Of a stretch of 64,000 bases of DNA, positions 1-13,862 are shown piece after piece. The DNA comes from Raillietiella orientalis (taxonomy: Eukaryota). A program made the position numbers and the translations under genes. Location: positions 186,001-250,000 of the forward strand of contig JAYWIR010000022.1 in the NCBI GenBank assembly GCA_036172245.1, given 5' to 3'. Below the pieces are notes generated by a model. It was not told the DNA's origin, searched no databases, and was given only the letters and a program-made list of their open reading frames with translations. The first letter of the stretch is position 1; every line of letters starts with the position of its first letter.

Positions 1-3000
1 TACGTGACTCCAACTTGGGAGGAAAAGGCAAAAAAAAAAGGAGAGAGAGTAAAAGAAAAGTCAAATCTGAGGTTCCCTGCACAGGCGCATCCGTTGATGC
101 TCGCCGTCGGTGCAAAAATGGGGGGTCGGCATCGATTGTTGATCCTAGCACGCGCATTGTTGCGCACGTGCAACAATAAGTTTCCGAATGGGGAGAGGAA
201 GTAGGCCCACGCAGCCCCCCCCCCTCTTCCTTCCGAGGGACACGAGACAGGGTGTGCGTGAAAAGAAATTCTTCCCCGCATGGAGGAAGCCGGCCAAACT
301 GCAGGCACAGGGTCGAGTACTGGGGAGATGCGAAGTGTGTCTTTGCAAGTTCTGGCGGGAAACCGGGAAAGCCCGGGCGCCATTTCCAGAGGTAGTCCCG
401 ATTGAAAATCACAGACAGCGCATTTCCTTTTCCTCCGTGGAAAAAGAATTTCGTGTTCGGTTATTTTGTGCTCTGCTGAATGAGAATCCCCCCTAATGAT
501 ACGGCAGCACCTTGAACAAGATATGATTAAAAGATAATTGTAGTTCAGAATCACTTTAAACAGTCGTTTTCTCTTTTGGCTCTGCAGATGACACATGATT
601 GTACAGAATTTGATGTCGTCGGGATTACGAGATATTTTCACTTTAGGTTTTCCCTCGATGCACCGGAGATCACGAAGGGAGGAGGCAAGAGGTCGCTTAT
701 ATTTCTGTGCTCCGCAGAGGGCATTGACGGATTCTTACCTATCTCCACTTGCTATTGATTTCCCAATTATCTCCCTGATTTTCCATCTGCTTGCTGCTTT
801 CCGAATCCGAAAGTCAGACCTGCAAATCAGTTACATAAATTGTCCTATGACGCGAGATCAAACTTGGGTTCCCAAGTCGTAAATTTTTTTCTCGCCAGTG
901 TCCTGCATGGCCTCTGAGAGCTGAAGGAAGTCATCCGAATGCAAAGAAGATGTCTTTATGAGATCGATCCGACAATTTCCACAAAGGTTTTTTTTTTTTT
1001 TTAAAAAAAAAGCTAACTACATAAAAAATACTTTAGAAACGATAAGTTTCTTTATGAGAAACAAGACCGCTAACATAAAAAATAATTATCTGTCAGGCAA
1101 ATGGAGCGATCACTGTTCGATTGCAATCGAGACCCAGTCTGGAAGGGAAGCACTTGAAGTCAGGAGCGTTAGGATGAGGATCAAAGAACTGAAAGGGGGA
1201 CTTCAAATTCATCGCGGGTGCAACACAAAAGCCAAAAGAGAAAAAACTCGTTCTTTTTTTTTTTTTTTTGCTGCTCTCTCGGCTGCTGAAAGAGACAAGT
1301 TGCATAAACCACAAAGCATAAAGCGCCTCGGATGTGAAATTCTCTCAAAATTCGCGAAAAAAACGTCAATCAAAGGCAGGAAAGGAGGAAAACAGGAGCA
1401 AGGAGAGAATTTTTCCGCATTTCATTTCAATCACTCATTGGCTTGTTGTCGAAGTCGCAGGATCCGCAAACACAGTCGAAAACACTCTTTGCTCACAGAC
1501 ACAGATGGAATCGAACCGCATCCCTTGAGGAGGGAGCTGCTGCTTTGATGAATGCCGCTTGATTTGACGCGTAATAGGCTGTTAGAACGAAAGGAGGAGA
1601 TAACTTAATCAAGCTCTTTTGTAACTTTAAATTAAGGTCAGAAGAAACAATTTGCTCCAAGCCGCTATGGCTGATTTCTGAAACGAAAGGGAGTTTCGAT
1701 TCTTAATCGCAGATAAACGATCTCGGAAATTCCGTGCTCCGAATGGTGTTAAGCTGCGCAGAGCATGAGGATTAGGCATATCCATTAAAGGATACGCGAG
1801 AGGAATTGCTTATCGGGGTTCTCCGAACTCGGGGAAGCTGCCTTAAATTATACTGTGTCGAAAGCAAGAGTACCAAAACATGAGAGGTGTGCTCATCTCT
1901 CCTGAATTTATTGCAGTGGGAGAAGTGCTGCATTCCGAATTCGGGGACGCAGAGAGTCGAGGTCTGCAATCCTCCTCGGGGTCTCGAATGGCGGCAAACC
2001 GATTCGATAAACTACTCCCATGTTGCCGCAGCAGCGGAATCCTGGTCCAGCGCGGAATTCGAGGACGAGGAAAACAAAAACAAAGGAGCACAGCTAGCTA
2101 ACAGAGCAATCAAAGGGAAAAAAGGATCACCGGCCAAGGCTCGCAATCAGGACTGGAGAGGTGACCTACTGCACACGTCGGAAGGAAAACACGCTCGCGG
2201 GAAGTATGCACGCGCGTGAGTTTCGATGCTTTAGTGGGGGACAACAGAAACCGCGCACATCAGGAACAAAAGAGCTGCTAACGAAGGTACCGATTGGATC
2301 ACAGCTTCCTGAAGCAGCCGGGAACGCTGCTGAGATAACAGCTCTTTTTGTGTTTTTCCCAGGCAGGCGCGCGGTCCTCTTCAGCACTTATTTACCGGGT
2401 GACAGACAGACGGCACGCGGAAACAAAAGCAATGGGAAAACGACCGATCTCAGGCATGTCCCAGTTGAGCACTCACGTCAGATGCGGCGACACGTTGTGG
2501 TTAATCTTCTCCAACCACCGTTATATTCAGCAGAAGCTGAACGTAAAAAGTTCCGCCTTCATTTCCGGACCTCCACTTTGGGAGAGACAGCATGGCCGCA
2601 AAAACGCTCTTTCGCATTCGCTTTGCCACCGTTCGAGCGGGATTGCGCAGCCCTTCATCGGAACTGGCCACGGGCATCTAGGCTGATCATCTTCAAGCCG
2701 GCGGCAGCTGCTGCTGCTCATCACCTCTCTGGCAGCCCGTCCCGCCTGATTCACAGGTGACACCCCGAGCTGCTTTTGAAATCCAGCGGGAGAGGAGGGC
2801 GGGTCGCTTTCCTTCCCTGTGCTTCCCGAAAAAGAACCGGGCAATTTCTCCGGGTCTCTCGGAACTTCCTCGAAGCTCCTCCCGACCACCGGGTATCTCG
2901 TGGGCGACGGCTAGACGCCGCCGGTGCCGCGGCTCAGCGCGCAAAGCGCGGAGGGGCATGCGAACCGGCGCTCTCGGTGAAAATCTCCTGCTGGTCGGGA

Positions 3001-5670
3001 GATCACATAGAGAAGGGAGAGCCTGCAGCAGCGAAATGAGGGCTGTCGCTGATTTGACGAACGCACAAAGGACTCTTCTTGCGGCGTCCAAGATTCGAGG
3101 GAAGCACCACGGAAAAAAGTTCCCGCGTCTGACCGGTGGGATTCTTTTCTTATCGATTCCTTGGAGATCGGAGCTCGCCAGGCAGAAGGAGAATTAAGCG
3201 CTAGCCTGTATGGTGCGTCGGCGTTCGCGAGGACGTCGGAATGACGATAAGCCAGCGCGCCTGGCTTTGATGACACCGCGCGAAATTGCGATGATGCCTG
3301 GGCAGAGCGGAACGCACAGGGATACCAACAGCTCGTGTTCTTCCTGCGCTGCAATCCGCCACTTGTGCTGCTGAGCGATGAGCTCTCTTCTTCCCTCGCT
3401 GGCGACAAGCGGCACTTTTTCCCGTGGAGTTGCCAAAGAGGGAAGGTGGGCGTGCAGCGCCGTCCGACGTGGACGTCACGTCCCGCGCAACGGGACGGGG
3501 CATCCGCCGCGCGCAAGTGCAAAGGTGCTTGAGAAAACATGTGACTCCCCCGCGTGCCGAACGCGGCTGAGGCTCCGTCTGCCGCTGCCGTGGCTTGTTC
3601 GCAGCAAGGAACGAGCTCTCTTGGAGCCGCCGCGGGATTCGGGCAGAACGCCCGCTTTCCCACGGAGGCTGGTCCGAGTCGGCCGTTCCCAAGGAGGGGC
3701 TGGGCCGCTCTGCTTTCAGAATCGATCACGTCCCCGGCAAGGATGCAGCGCGGCACCAGGGTGGCAGGAGGCTCCGAGGGGCGCATACACCAATCGCCCC
3801 CTGTTCTCTCCAGCCCGTGACGCCTTCATTGGATCTTTTCCCTTCTCCGCCGATCTCTACCATCGGCATCGGACGGAAGCTTCGACGTGAAGTCCCCGCC
3901 GCCCTTCGCGCAGCGCACCCTTTCTTCGCACTGGGCTCGGATTCGCCTTCGAGCCGCAGGTGCTCCTCCGGAAGAGGAAAGGAGCGCGTCGCGATCGCCG
4001 CGTTCACTTGCTGCTGCGGGTGAGGCTCCTCGCACGTGCAGGTGCGCTCCTCGTAGTTCTACCGATTCCTCATGCAATCGAAAAGACAAAGGCGCCTGAT
4101 CCTCGCGGCAAGATGTCGTCACGCGCTTCTCTTCTTATTGGGCTCTCACTAAAGAGTGAGAGCCAACCCACAGGTGCCGCATCACCGGTCCCGGATTCCG
4201 ACGTGGTTTCGAACAGAAACTCACCAGTGAGGAAGAGCCTTGCCGCTCCTCGCCAAACCAATTAGAACGGGAATCCAGGAGACTGCAGTAACAAGGCTAA
4301 CAGAATGAGGGATGCCGTCTTCGTGCTGCTCTTCCCCTTCCGAAAAGGCTTCCTTCCCGAGTTTCCTGCCGAGCAGTGAGCTGACCTCGAGACTAGTCAA
4401 ACGCACACGCAACTTGGGTGTCGTGGGGTGATGCACCCTTTCCTAAAGGCCCGTTATCATTTCGCAACGAAGTGGGGCTGCCCGCATCCAAGGAAGACCG
4501 ATGTGTTCTGGTGACCCAGGGCACTCCGATGGAAATTCCCGCTGGAATGATCCCTCTTCAGAGTCACTTGATGAGTTCTTTGGCGGACACAGCTCAAAGG
4601 CGAACAGCAACAGCAGCAGCAACAAAAAAAAAAGAAAACCTTTGCGGGGGAATCTACGAGGGCAGTTCAGGGCATCGGCTGCTATCTCGCTGATCAGATT
4701 CTCTTGGCAATCGGTACATTGAAAACGCAGTGGATCATCCTTTCCGATAGAATCTGCTAGTTCTCGAGAGATTGAGACACTTTATCTTCATGGTGCATTC
4801 CTTTCGATTTATGAGAAGAGCGGTACGCAGGCACGCAGAAGCGACATGCATCACAGTCGTCCATGCCCTAATAAAAAACTGTTTCCTCTAAGATGGAGAT
4901 CAACATCGGAGAAGAAGTCCCTCGAATAAGCCTTAAATGGACCGAAAGGCTTTCAGCAGAGATTCTCACCATATCCGAAAACTATTTCCAGTTATCTGAG
5001 AATGAAGCCAACGTTCAATTATGAAAATGTATGAAGCGGAGACCTAGAGAAAACGGATCGATTTCCGATGACCACTTTTATCTCAAAAAGGCTGGCCCTG
5101 ATACGAGGGAAGAGAGAGGAAGAAGAAGGAAGAAAAAGGAAAAAAAGAAACGATAAATGAATTTCCCGTGTTTATCTTCGTTTCTATGAGACGGCAACGG
5201 AGGATCCGTCCCCGAAGAATCCACTTGTTCAGGTCCATCCACTGCCACTGTGCCTTTCGGCTGTGCATGAAACAAATTCCTAATTGTGTACTATCAATTG
5301 CAGAGCGCATCACGTGCAATTACATGACTATCCGCAATTACTGCATTATCAGGCGGGTTCCGTTCCAAATGGCCTGAAACACACGGAAGCGGCTCTCTCT
5401 CTCTCTCTCTCTGTGGCCGAATCACTTGGACTGTTCGCTGCGCATCGGACGGTTCCCATGGACGCCTTCACGCGAAACCGAGAACTCGAGATGCTGGTCC
5501 ACACGTGCGCTCAGGGATACGTACAGGACCGCTGATTATCCCCACAGAATGCATGTTGTGTGCATGCACGATGCGTGCGCGCTGCCATAGCACAATCTTC
5601 ATGCCAAATGCGCGTGGAATCTCGTTGCATTCTACCATTCCATTCCAGTTCCCCCCCCCCCTTTTTTTTT

Positions 5671-5710
5671 TTCCTTCTTCTTCATCTTCTTCTTCTTCTT
5701 CTTCCTCCTC
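5671..5710 (+). repeat. Imperfect (TTC)n/(TCC)n tract preceded by C and T homopolymers
   Basis: Read directly. Confidence 0.85.
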
Positions 5711-8700
5711 CCCAGCGAGATATCACGTAAAGCGGAAGCGCAAAGCCACGAGGCCGCCCTCATTCGCCGCACTTTGCGAAAATTTTTTCGTGGCATCCGA
5801 GCCTCCTCCTGCCATTCCTTGCGGTTCCGACGCCGGCAGAAGAATGCCCCATCACCACGTTCCACTCCCCCCACGGTGTACCCCAGGGGTGCACGGTCCC
5901 CACCATCCTCGCTCAGGACTCTTTCGAAGAAAGGCGTTCCGACTTGCGGCGCAAGATTTGGTATCAGTCTGGCTACTTCTGTTTGGGAAGCTGGCAGCGG
6001 CTGCAAAGAAGAGGGGTCAGGGTGGGGGGAGGAACATTCTGGCGACAGCGTTTCTGTCGGTCAAATCACGGACTGTGTTTTCCGCGGATCATTGGAAGGC
6101 GCACATCTTCGGTTCGCACCTCCCCATCCCCCCCCCCCCCTTCCACGGAGATCACCTGCTCCATGAGGCACGGAAGATATGCAAACGAATACAAATCGGC
6201 AGACCAATGGGCCTTCTCCTTGAGCGGGAAAAGGCCTACTTTTTCTTTTTTTCTCTCTCCTCGTCAATCGTTCGTACACAATCGAGCGAGCGGTATTTTA
6301 TGTGGCAGCACTTCAGCCTAACAACGGTTATAAAACATCCACTGTATGCACGTTCGCGTCGTGCCGGTGCTGATGGGTCCTGAGCGGAGGAGCTCCGTCG
6401 GACGTGAAGGTGATTTGTTGCAGCCCGGGAAGCGCGATCTCTCTCGGTCGCCTTCACGTATTTCGGGCACATCTCAAGTGCCGTTGATGAACCTGAGGAG
6501 CGCTCCATCTTCCTGATGCGGGGGAACCGGTGCGCTGGGATACGCTTGGCTTCCGAAATCTGTTGGGGAGCATCAGAGCGAGCTCAGGGGGCCCGGTGTG
6601 TCCCCCAGAAGAGCAGATGCCACGCACCGGGCAGAGAGGAGAGCAACCAATTAACAGGAGGGAGCGATGCTGACTCGGAACCGAGCAAAGAGCGCGGGTG
6701 CTCCGAACACCCCGCGCCCGAGATCCCCTCCCTTGGGGAAAGCGGGCACGGCTGCAGGCGGAGAAATAGGGGGCTTGCCAGCTGGGCCCGCAGCGAAAGT
6801 GGGTGAGAGATGGCGCCCGCAAGCAGGAAGAAAAGCCACACAACCGGAATTCGCTGGATGCGAGTTTCTGGGACTTTTTTTTTTTTTTTTTTTCGATTAA
6901 TTCAGGTCTGAGGGAAAACCTTACCAGGTGCAGCCATTCCCAAGAAGATGACGATGACGAATGTCATTGCTAAACTCTCCTCGGAATCGATGACCTCGGT
7001 TCACTACTCGTTATGACCAAACATAGGCAGATTCGAGGAGACGAAGTCAAGAAAGTCGGTCGCACTGGGCCGAATCACGCGGGATGGGAGGTCATGTACT
7101 CGTCTGTCTGTATTTACCAGGTCGCCGCACACGCCGACGGGAATTTTCGAGCACATGCAAATCTAAAACCAGCGTCCGTCGTCTACGAGCGACGCAGGTA
7201 GAGGGAACAGCTGATGGCTGATGCTCCGCTGTCGGCGGCGAGGAAGGACTCGCGACAACATGCTCTCCGGGCGGAGTATCCGAAACTGCGAAGGGAAGGA
7301 AGTGCGACCTGATGCTCCTTCCTTGGTGACGTCACTGCGAACCGGTCGTGGAACGCCGAATCGCCGCCGCTGAGCAACCAGTTAAAAAACCACTTCTCGG
7401 ACGAATCTCTGCCATGCCTGGAGGTCATTCGGGTTTCTCCTGTTAGCAGGTACGTCCTCTCTCGCGTTGCGACGCAGTTCCTCGCAACGCGCGCACCACC
7501 AAAACAGTGGAGAAACTCTGGGAGAACCTCGCCCCCCCCCCCCCCTTCCATCCCCCGAAGACATCCACCCATCCGACACGGAAGCGACCGCCTCGCAGAG
7601 AGGTTCGTCGCCGCCGACAGCCGTCTTGCCAGACTTGCCAGAGCCACCTTCCCGAGTCGGCAGGCAGCAGGGATCCAGAGGAAAACGCTGTTCGCTTCAG
7701 CCTGCTCGCTTCCCAGGAAACCGTGGTTTAGGCGACTCTTTTGTCTTCCACGGGTGTTCGCACACGAGTGTTGGCATGAAAACAACCGCCTCAGGGAAGA
7801 GTTCGTTGTGCCATGGCGAAAGCGCGGAAGGCCAAGCGAGGTCCCTTGAAGGAAGGTCCGTGGCTCGCTGACAACCTGTGATGCTTCCCTTTCGCTCCCA
7901 GGATCGATGCGCCGCCTCCCCTCCCCCCATTCCACTGTGCCACCACCAGCAAGGCAGCAGCAGGTCGCACGGCATCCCGTTTTTGCAACCTGCTAAAGGG
8001 AGAGGAGGAAATCCCCGAAACCAGCAAATTACACGATGGGATAGAAACGATGATCCCATGAAATGTGCCTGCATTTATTTACATCCAGACAAACAATCGT
8101 AACTTAGCAACATCAGCTAATCCGGGAACACACAAACCGAAAATCTACGAAGCGGTGAAAAATCGTCGCAATTACAAGATCGCTTGGTGGAAATGGCGGA
8201 ATGGGGGGGAGGGGATTGGGCTTTGATGAGCACGGGGCAAACACCGGAACCAAGAGGCACCAAAGAATGACCATCGCACAAGAACCGGCGGTCCGGTCGC
8301 AGAACCCTGCGCAGTGCGCAAAGGCAGAAGCGAAAACTGGGAGCGGGGAGACCGCGGTGGATGAGGAGGAGATAACTCGGGATGGAAACAACCATCGTCG
8401 CGTGCGCCCCTGAAGCAGAGAAAGTCCCTCCAAGAGAAAACGTTCGCTCCCGAGGAGAGCCGGAATATTCCCTTGGAGAGGTCATCCCGATCAGGACACG
8501 GTCAGATTAAATCGCTCGGAGGCAAAGGAGCTCAGGAAAGTTGCGCGTCCGATGAGCGAGGAGCCAGTCTGTGGCAACCCCGAAATAGGCGTGGTCCAAG
8601 CTCTAAGGCCCGGGCGAGTTTTCCGAATTTCGTGGAGAGGCTTCGCCATGGAGACGAGGACCCTGGACAGACTTGGCGAAGCAAAAACGCAGAGGAGGAA

Positions 8701-10089
8701 GAATGTGTGGGTGCGGTGGGAAGAAGAAGCATTTGCTCTCAAGAAGTCATGAAAAGATGTGTTTCTCTGCCCATGGCACAGGAACGGAAGAGGAGCGGCG
8801 CACCTGCTCGTGCGCTACGACTCCGTCCGAAATGCTTTCCCCTCGCTCTTCTGCCTTCACCGTGGTCGTCTTCCTTTTCTTTCCTTTGCCGCCTCTTTGC
8901 GCCTGCTTGTCTTCAGTTCACGTCGTGATCGCAGATGAGGATAGGCACCAAGACGCCCATCCTCTTTTGCGTCGTTTCGCCTGCCCGTTCTCCTGATCTT
9001 CCTCGCACTCCGGGCCAGAGCGGATTCCCCCCCTCCCCCCCGAAGCCCGCGTTCCCCTACCAAAGCGGGGGCCCAGCCGGTGTGCGCATGCCGAATGCGA
9101 AAGCGCGCGATCGTTCGAGCGCGCGCGCCCTTCCAGGCACGAACACGTGCAAGCACACGAAAGCGCGGCCTACGCGCAGGTTGCACGCATGCATCGACCG
9201 GGCTGCGTGCAAGGAACTTTCGCGGAGCACGCAAGACACGCCCTCCTTCCGACGCTGTTCCCGCGTTGGCATCCCGTCGGCAGGCTGCTCAGCTGCCGTC
9301 CATCCTTTGGTGGGGAATCCTCCAGGAGCTGAGTGGTTTCAACACGTAACCGTGGGTCCCGGATGCGCCGCAGAAAAGGAAAAGGCTCAGGAGCGAGGGT
9401 CGGAGCACTCGACTCCCAGACTGCTCAAATGAAGACGTCTCGTCGTCTTATCTCATTTGTATCTCGTGTTGATGGGACCCGCGAAGTTCGCCGGTCGTCC
9501 GAAGGACAGGCATTTCGTTATTCCGTCTAGCCGGACACTGGCGGTCTCGGCAGATCCGTCCCGCTCCTTCGAAATCCCCTCCCTCGATGACTGATTGAAC
9601 GAGCTAGGGGTGGAAACGGGATGAATGAAACGGCGGTGTGGCGATGCGACCGCAGCGTTGTCTACTCCGCCTCGTGAGAACGAGAGGCGGAAACGCGTCT
9701 CCTGTCCGGCATCATTGCATGCCGGCGGAAAGTATCTTCCGACGGAGCGATGAAATGTGTTGTGTTGCGATGCAGCTCGTTGCAACGCCCACCACATTGG
9801 GGTGAAAGCTCTGCTGGGCGAATATTCTCGATCGCTTCTTCCTTTCACTTTCCGTGGGAGGGCTCCCCGAGCGCCGAGGACTCTCTTTTGGATTCGTTAA
9901 GAGCACGGGAAGAGGAGCAACCGTCTGGGAGATGTGTGCGGCTGCTCCGCACCTCCTCTCTGTGACTCCTCAGCGTCACTAGAACTTCCCCTGTCCCGTT
10001 TCGGGGCGCGACTCTCCGCCACTGCGGCTAATTGGAAAGCAGCTTACACGCGATTTTCAAAAATGCCGCCCCGCCTAATCACGTGATCT

Positions 10090-10863
10090 TTGTCTCTTAT
10101 AATTAGACCCCAGGGGCGCAACGATGCCGTCACAGTTTCTTCCCGAGTGCCACCCGCAAGAGGTTGGAACCACAGTCTCCAGGAGCGACCTTCCACCAAG
10201 CACTCAGGACGACCTCCTCCTGTTTTACCACGGACACATACTGAGTGGGAGCAGGACAGCACACTGGTCTGGTAACATCCAAGACGAGCTCGGCAAAACG
10301 CGTGGCAGCAGGGAAACCCAGCTCCACGTTCTCATCTGCCCGACGCTGCGCCAGGGCTGGAGCACGATGAAGGCGGTGATCGGCCTGGCAGAGGACCACA
10401 ACAGTGTGCATCTTAGCGGGATTGTTCGAAGGGAACGCAAATACTCCGCGTCATAATCCCATCCTTCGGACCATTATCGTCCTCTTCGTCAAGAGCGTCG
10501 TGATGAGAAGGGCAATGATGAGGAATATGGGAGCTACAGCCCCCCCTCCCATCAACACATTACAAGGACTCATAAAGCGAGATATAGGGATCAGGAACTG
10601 AGGCAGGATACCCGCCTGCCGCAGTGCCGCCTGGGCGTACCGCTACATCTTGCAGAAGATCGCGGATGTGACCCGAGCGAGTGGACCACTCTCCAGCCCC
10701 AGTGAACCTATACCGAGGAAACTACCCCGATGATGACATTGCAAACACTACGTGTGCAAGACAGAGAATTGTGGAAACCCACCGAGGGGAAGTGAGCGAA
10801 TGAGAGTGATTTGGTGACACTGTTGTTGCCATTGTAACATTTTTTGTTGTCGTTGAAAAATAA
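10090..10863 (+). mobile_element. Decayed 3' end of a non-LTR retrotransposon (L1/Tx1-like ORF2 C-terminal Cys/His region)
   Basis: Peptide ...LLLFYHGHILSGSRTAHW...ETQLHVLICPTLRQGW resembles the ET-x-x-H-x-L-x-CP...W zinc-binding motif; coding-like composition with frameshifts; AATAAA at 10858-10863. Confidence 0.4.
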
Positions 10864-13443
10864 ACTCACCCTACCGCTTGTAGGACCACGTGGACAGAAC
10901 GGGGACGTCAGCGGCGACCGGGGACAGAACGATGACAGAACGATACAAGAGTCAAGAAATCGTTTCGTCGGCTCTCCCCAAGTCCTTCTTCCTCTTCTTT
11001 TCTTCTTGCTTTTTTTTTCTTCTGTAGCGTTCGCGCGGATCCCGCGAGTGGGTCTTTGGGTTTGACTGAATGAACCCCTCGGTCCCAGGATGTTCCCCAC
11101 TGAGCAATCTTTTTCGGCATATGTTGACGTCTGTCCAGGGCGGTTACTGCTGCCGTAGGTGGAAAGAGCTGGACCGAATGCTCGTCCGAACAGGTGGCAG
11201 GACAAGAATCGGGGGGATCGCTGTATCCTTACTCGCGATTCCAAGGATGCAGGAATGCCGAGTCCGTTCCCGAAAACGGCGACGACTCATCTCTCCTCTT
11301 CCCCTTTCGCTTCCATGTGCTCCTCGAGAACAGCGAGGACATCCGAGACGCCCCTCCTTCCCCCGATCCTGCCCTTCCCGAGCTGCAATTTCACTCTGAC
11401 GTCCTAGATTTATGAAACGAACTCTTTCCTCCTCCTCATCCCTCCTCGAGGACGACTGCGCGGGAACCTTGGTGTGGCCAATATGGGAGCAGACGGCGGA
11501 AGGTTTCTCCAGACGCGGTACGGACCTTGACGGCCTTTTCTTGACGATCGGGAGTTCTCAACTCCGGCGCCGCAATGGCCGGAAGGAACGCAGTCCGGAT
11601 CGGGCGTCCTTTCCGCCCATAAAAGGGATCGTCCTTGGCTCTGAACCGCTGGAGCTTTGGCTTTTTCTTCGCGGTCATCCCCCGCAGGGACCGCTCGGGG
11701 TAGTAAGGGGCGAAGAATGCACCTGCACGCTCCCTTCCTTACTGCCGGCGGCAGTGCGTAGGAGCGTCGCTCTCGAAAAAGGGTCCGCCTCAAAGCACGT
11801 CCCATCTCGAAGACGTTTCCCTTGCATCCTCGGGAACCGACGGCGCTGCGAACAGGGTAGGACTGGGACGTGTTTCCCGCCGGAAGGAGAAAGGGGGATC
11901 CCGACCGATGTCGGCGCCCAGGCCGGCGGTCGCACTCGCCCTCGGCACCTTCCAAGGAACTGGCGGAGCACCTCTCCTTGGCTCCGCTGCTGGAGGCCTC
12001 TGCGGCAGCTCTTCGCCCTCCCGGACGTGCCGAGGCGCCCTCGGGCAAAGCTGTCTTCGAGGAGCTTGCCGCTGAAGCTGCTACGCAAATGTCCCCCGGG
12101 GCTGCGGAAAGAAAGCGGCACCTGATTCCTCAGGGAGATAAAATGGCGGAAACGTCTGAGGGCGGCTTCCGGAGAGGTGTTGGAAGCCCCCGTGACCGAG
12201 GGAAGATGACGCGGGAGGCCGCTGCTGTTCCGGTAGAGAATTGGTCATACCGGCTCAAGACCCGACGGGGTTCGCGACGGAACTTTGTCCGTTCGGGATC
12301 TCCACTTCCGGTGAAAAGGGTAGCTTCCTTCCCTCCGTCTCCCCCAATCGCTCAGGGGTGGCACTCGGTCGTATCCTTCGAAGGGAAGGTCGTGTAAATC
12401 GCAGAGGAGTGCATGGGACCTCCTCGCGAGGTAGACTGGCACTCTGGGCGCTAGTACAGAGCCTCCTTCCCGAGAGGAAGAACGGAAACTGTGGACAGGT
12501 CGGCGAGCGCCCTGATTTTCTTCTCCTGCTCGAGCAGACTCCGTGCAAGAAAAGAGAGTTGATCTCCCCCTCTTTTGCCTCCCCGTTTCCCCTCCTGGCG
12601 GGCGCCGCTCCAAGAGGGAAGCCGAAGCACCTCGTCCGAGGGAACTGCCTCCACATCGAGCACGGACGGAAGAACCGGCGGCTTGCGGGTGACTGGAAAG
12701 TGGGGATGAAGAGGAGGTCCAGGAACCCTTCCTTCTCCCATCGAGGGGAAGATCTGCATCCCGAGTCCGCCTCGCTGGCGAATCTGCGGCGCACGGAGCA
12801 CCCTGAGTGTCAGGGTCGGCGGCGTGGCACAATGCGCGTGGCAGTGGCAGCGACGCTGTGGGAGAGGCGTCTTCCTCAGCGCTGCGTCTCACCCCTTCTC
12901 CTAGCCCCCCTTCGAAATGGGTAGTCCGTCTGGCGGATCGCCCACGGTCGCCTCCCACTCTGGTAACGAGTGCTCTGGACGTACGCGGGATGACCGGCAG
13001 ACGGTCCCCTCCTCTGCGATGGGGCGCCGTCCGAGGAATGCCTCGGCGAGCTGCTCTCCCCGCGCCCCTTCCGGGCGTCCCCCCTCGAAGGGAAACAGGA
13101 AAAAAAAAATCCCCGAGAAATCCCTGAGGCCAGCGTGTCACTGCGCTTTCCAGGCTTGCCCCGAGCACTGCGAGTCCGCATGCCGCGAGAAACCCGCCGG
13201 GCTCTCCAGCGACAACTCGCGCGCCTCACCGAACGCGCCGCGTACGTGGTCGAGGCGCGAGCGGTCCCGTCTTCCTCCACTAGTACGCGGGGACTCATCG
13301 GTTGCGCGAGGTTTCTTGACGTCCCGCGCTTTCCCAGCGCGCCAGCCTCTCCCAGAGGGGCGTGTAGACACAAAAGGTGGACTCCGTGACGCGATCCAGA
13401 GATGGAGCTCGGATCGATGGCTGCAGCGAGCTTCAAGCTGGTG

Positions 13444-13862
13444 AAATCCTTTCTCCTCGTCTCCCACTCTCGCAAGCGGTTGCCAGAGTGACGAGAGAGA
13501 GGAGGATGCGTGACAAGGGGCTTCAAAGGATAAGTCCCGTGGCAGCTGCAGGGAGCATCGGATGTGGGGGCCGTGGAACACCCTCTTGTTCCTTCCCCCA
13601 CCCTCCACCCGCAGCGGAGTTGGGGTGTGCGCGCCCTCCCCCCCGAATCGAGTTCGGTCGCTTAAAGCCGCTGCCTCCCTCAGCTGGCGCTTCTGGCACA
13701 CCTGGATACCCCTCTAAGTGCTACGTTTCCGCGGCCTTAGGCCGAGGGGGAACCGTCTCATCTCCTTGGCGCATCTCCCGACCGCCATCATCCCGTCCAA
13801 CTCGCATTGGACCCGGGAGTGGACCGCTCAGGGGTCGAATGCGAGGGAGGCACGCTCGACCT
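13444..13862 (+). repeat. Left arm of a ~420 bp inverted duplication (partner 19971-20397)
   Basis: Reverse complement matches the partner; 13531-13849 looks identical by eye and the ORF track gives the same peptide on opposite strands. Confidence 0.95.

Noticed and set aside
1500..1570. B-box-like GGTTCGATTCC on the minus strand (similar ones near 22990, 32695 and 51478)
   Set aside because: No cloverleaf or acceptor stem, so not tRNA genes
4141..4164. 10-bp hairpin GGCTCTCACT-aaag-AGTGAGAGCC
   Set aside because: Within chance expectation for 64 kb; not a histone stem-loop and no Helitron CTRR end follows
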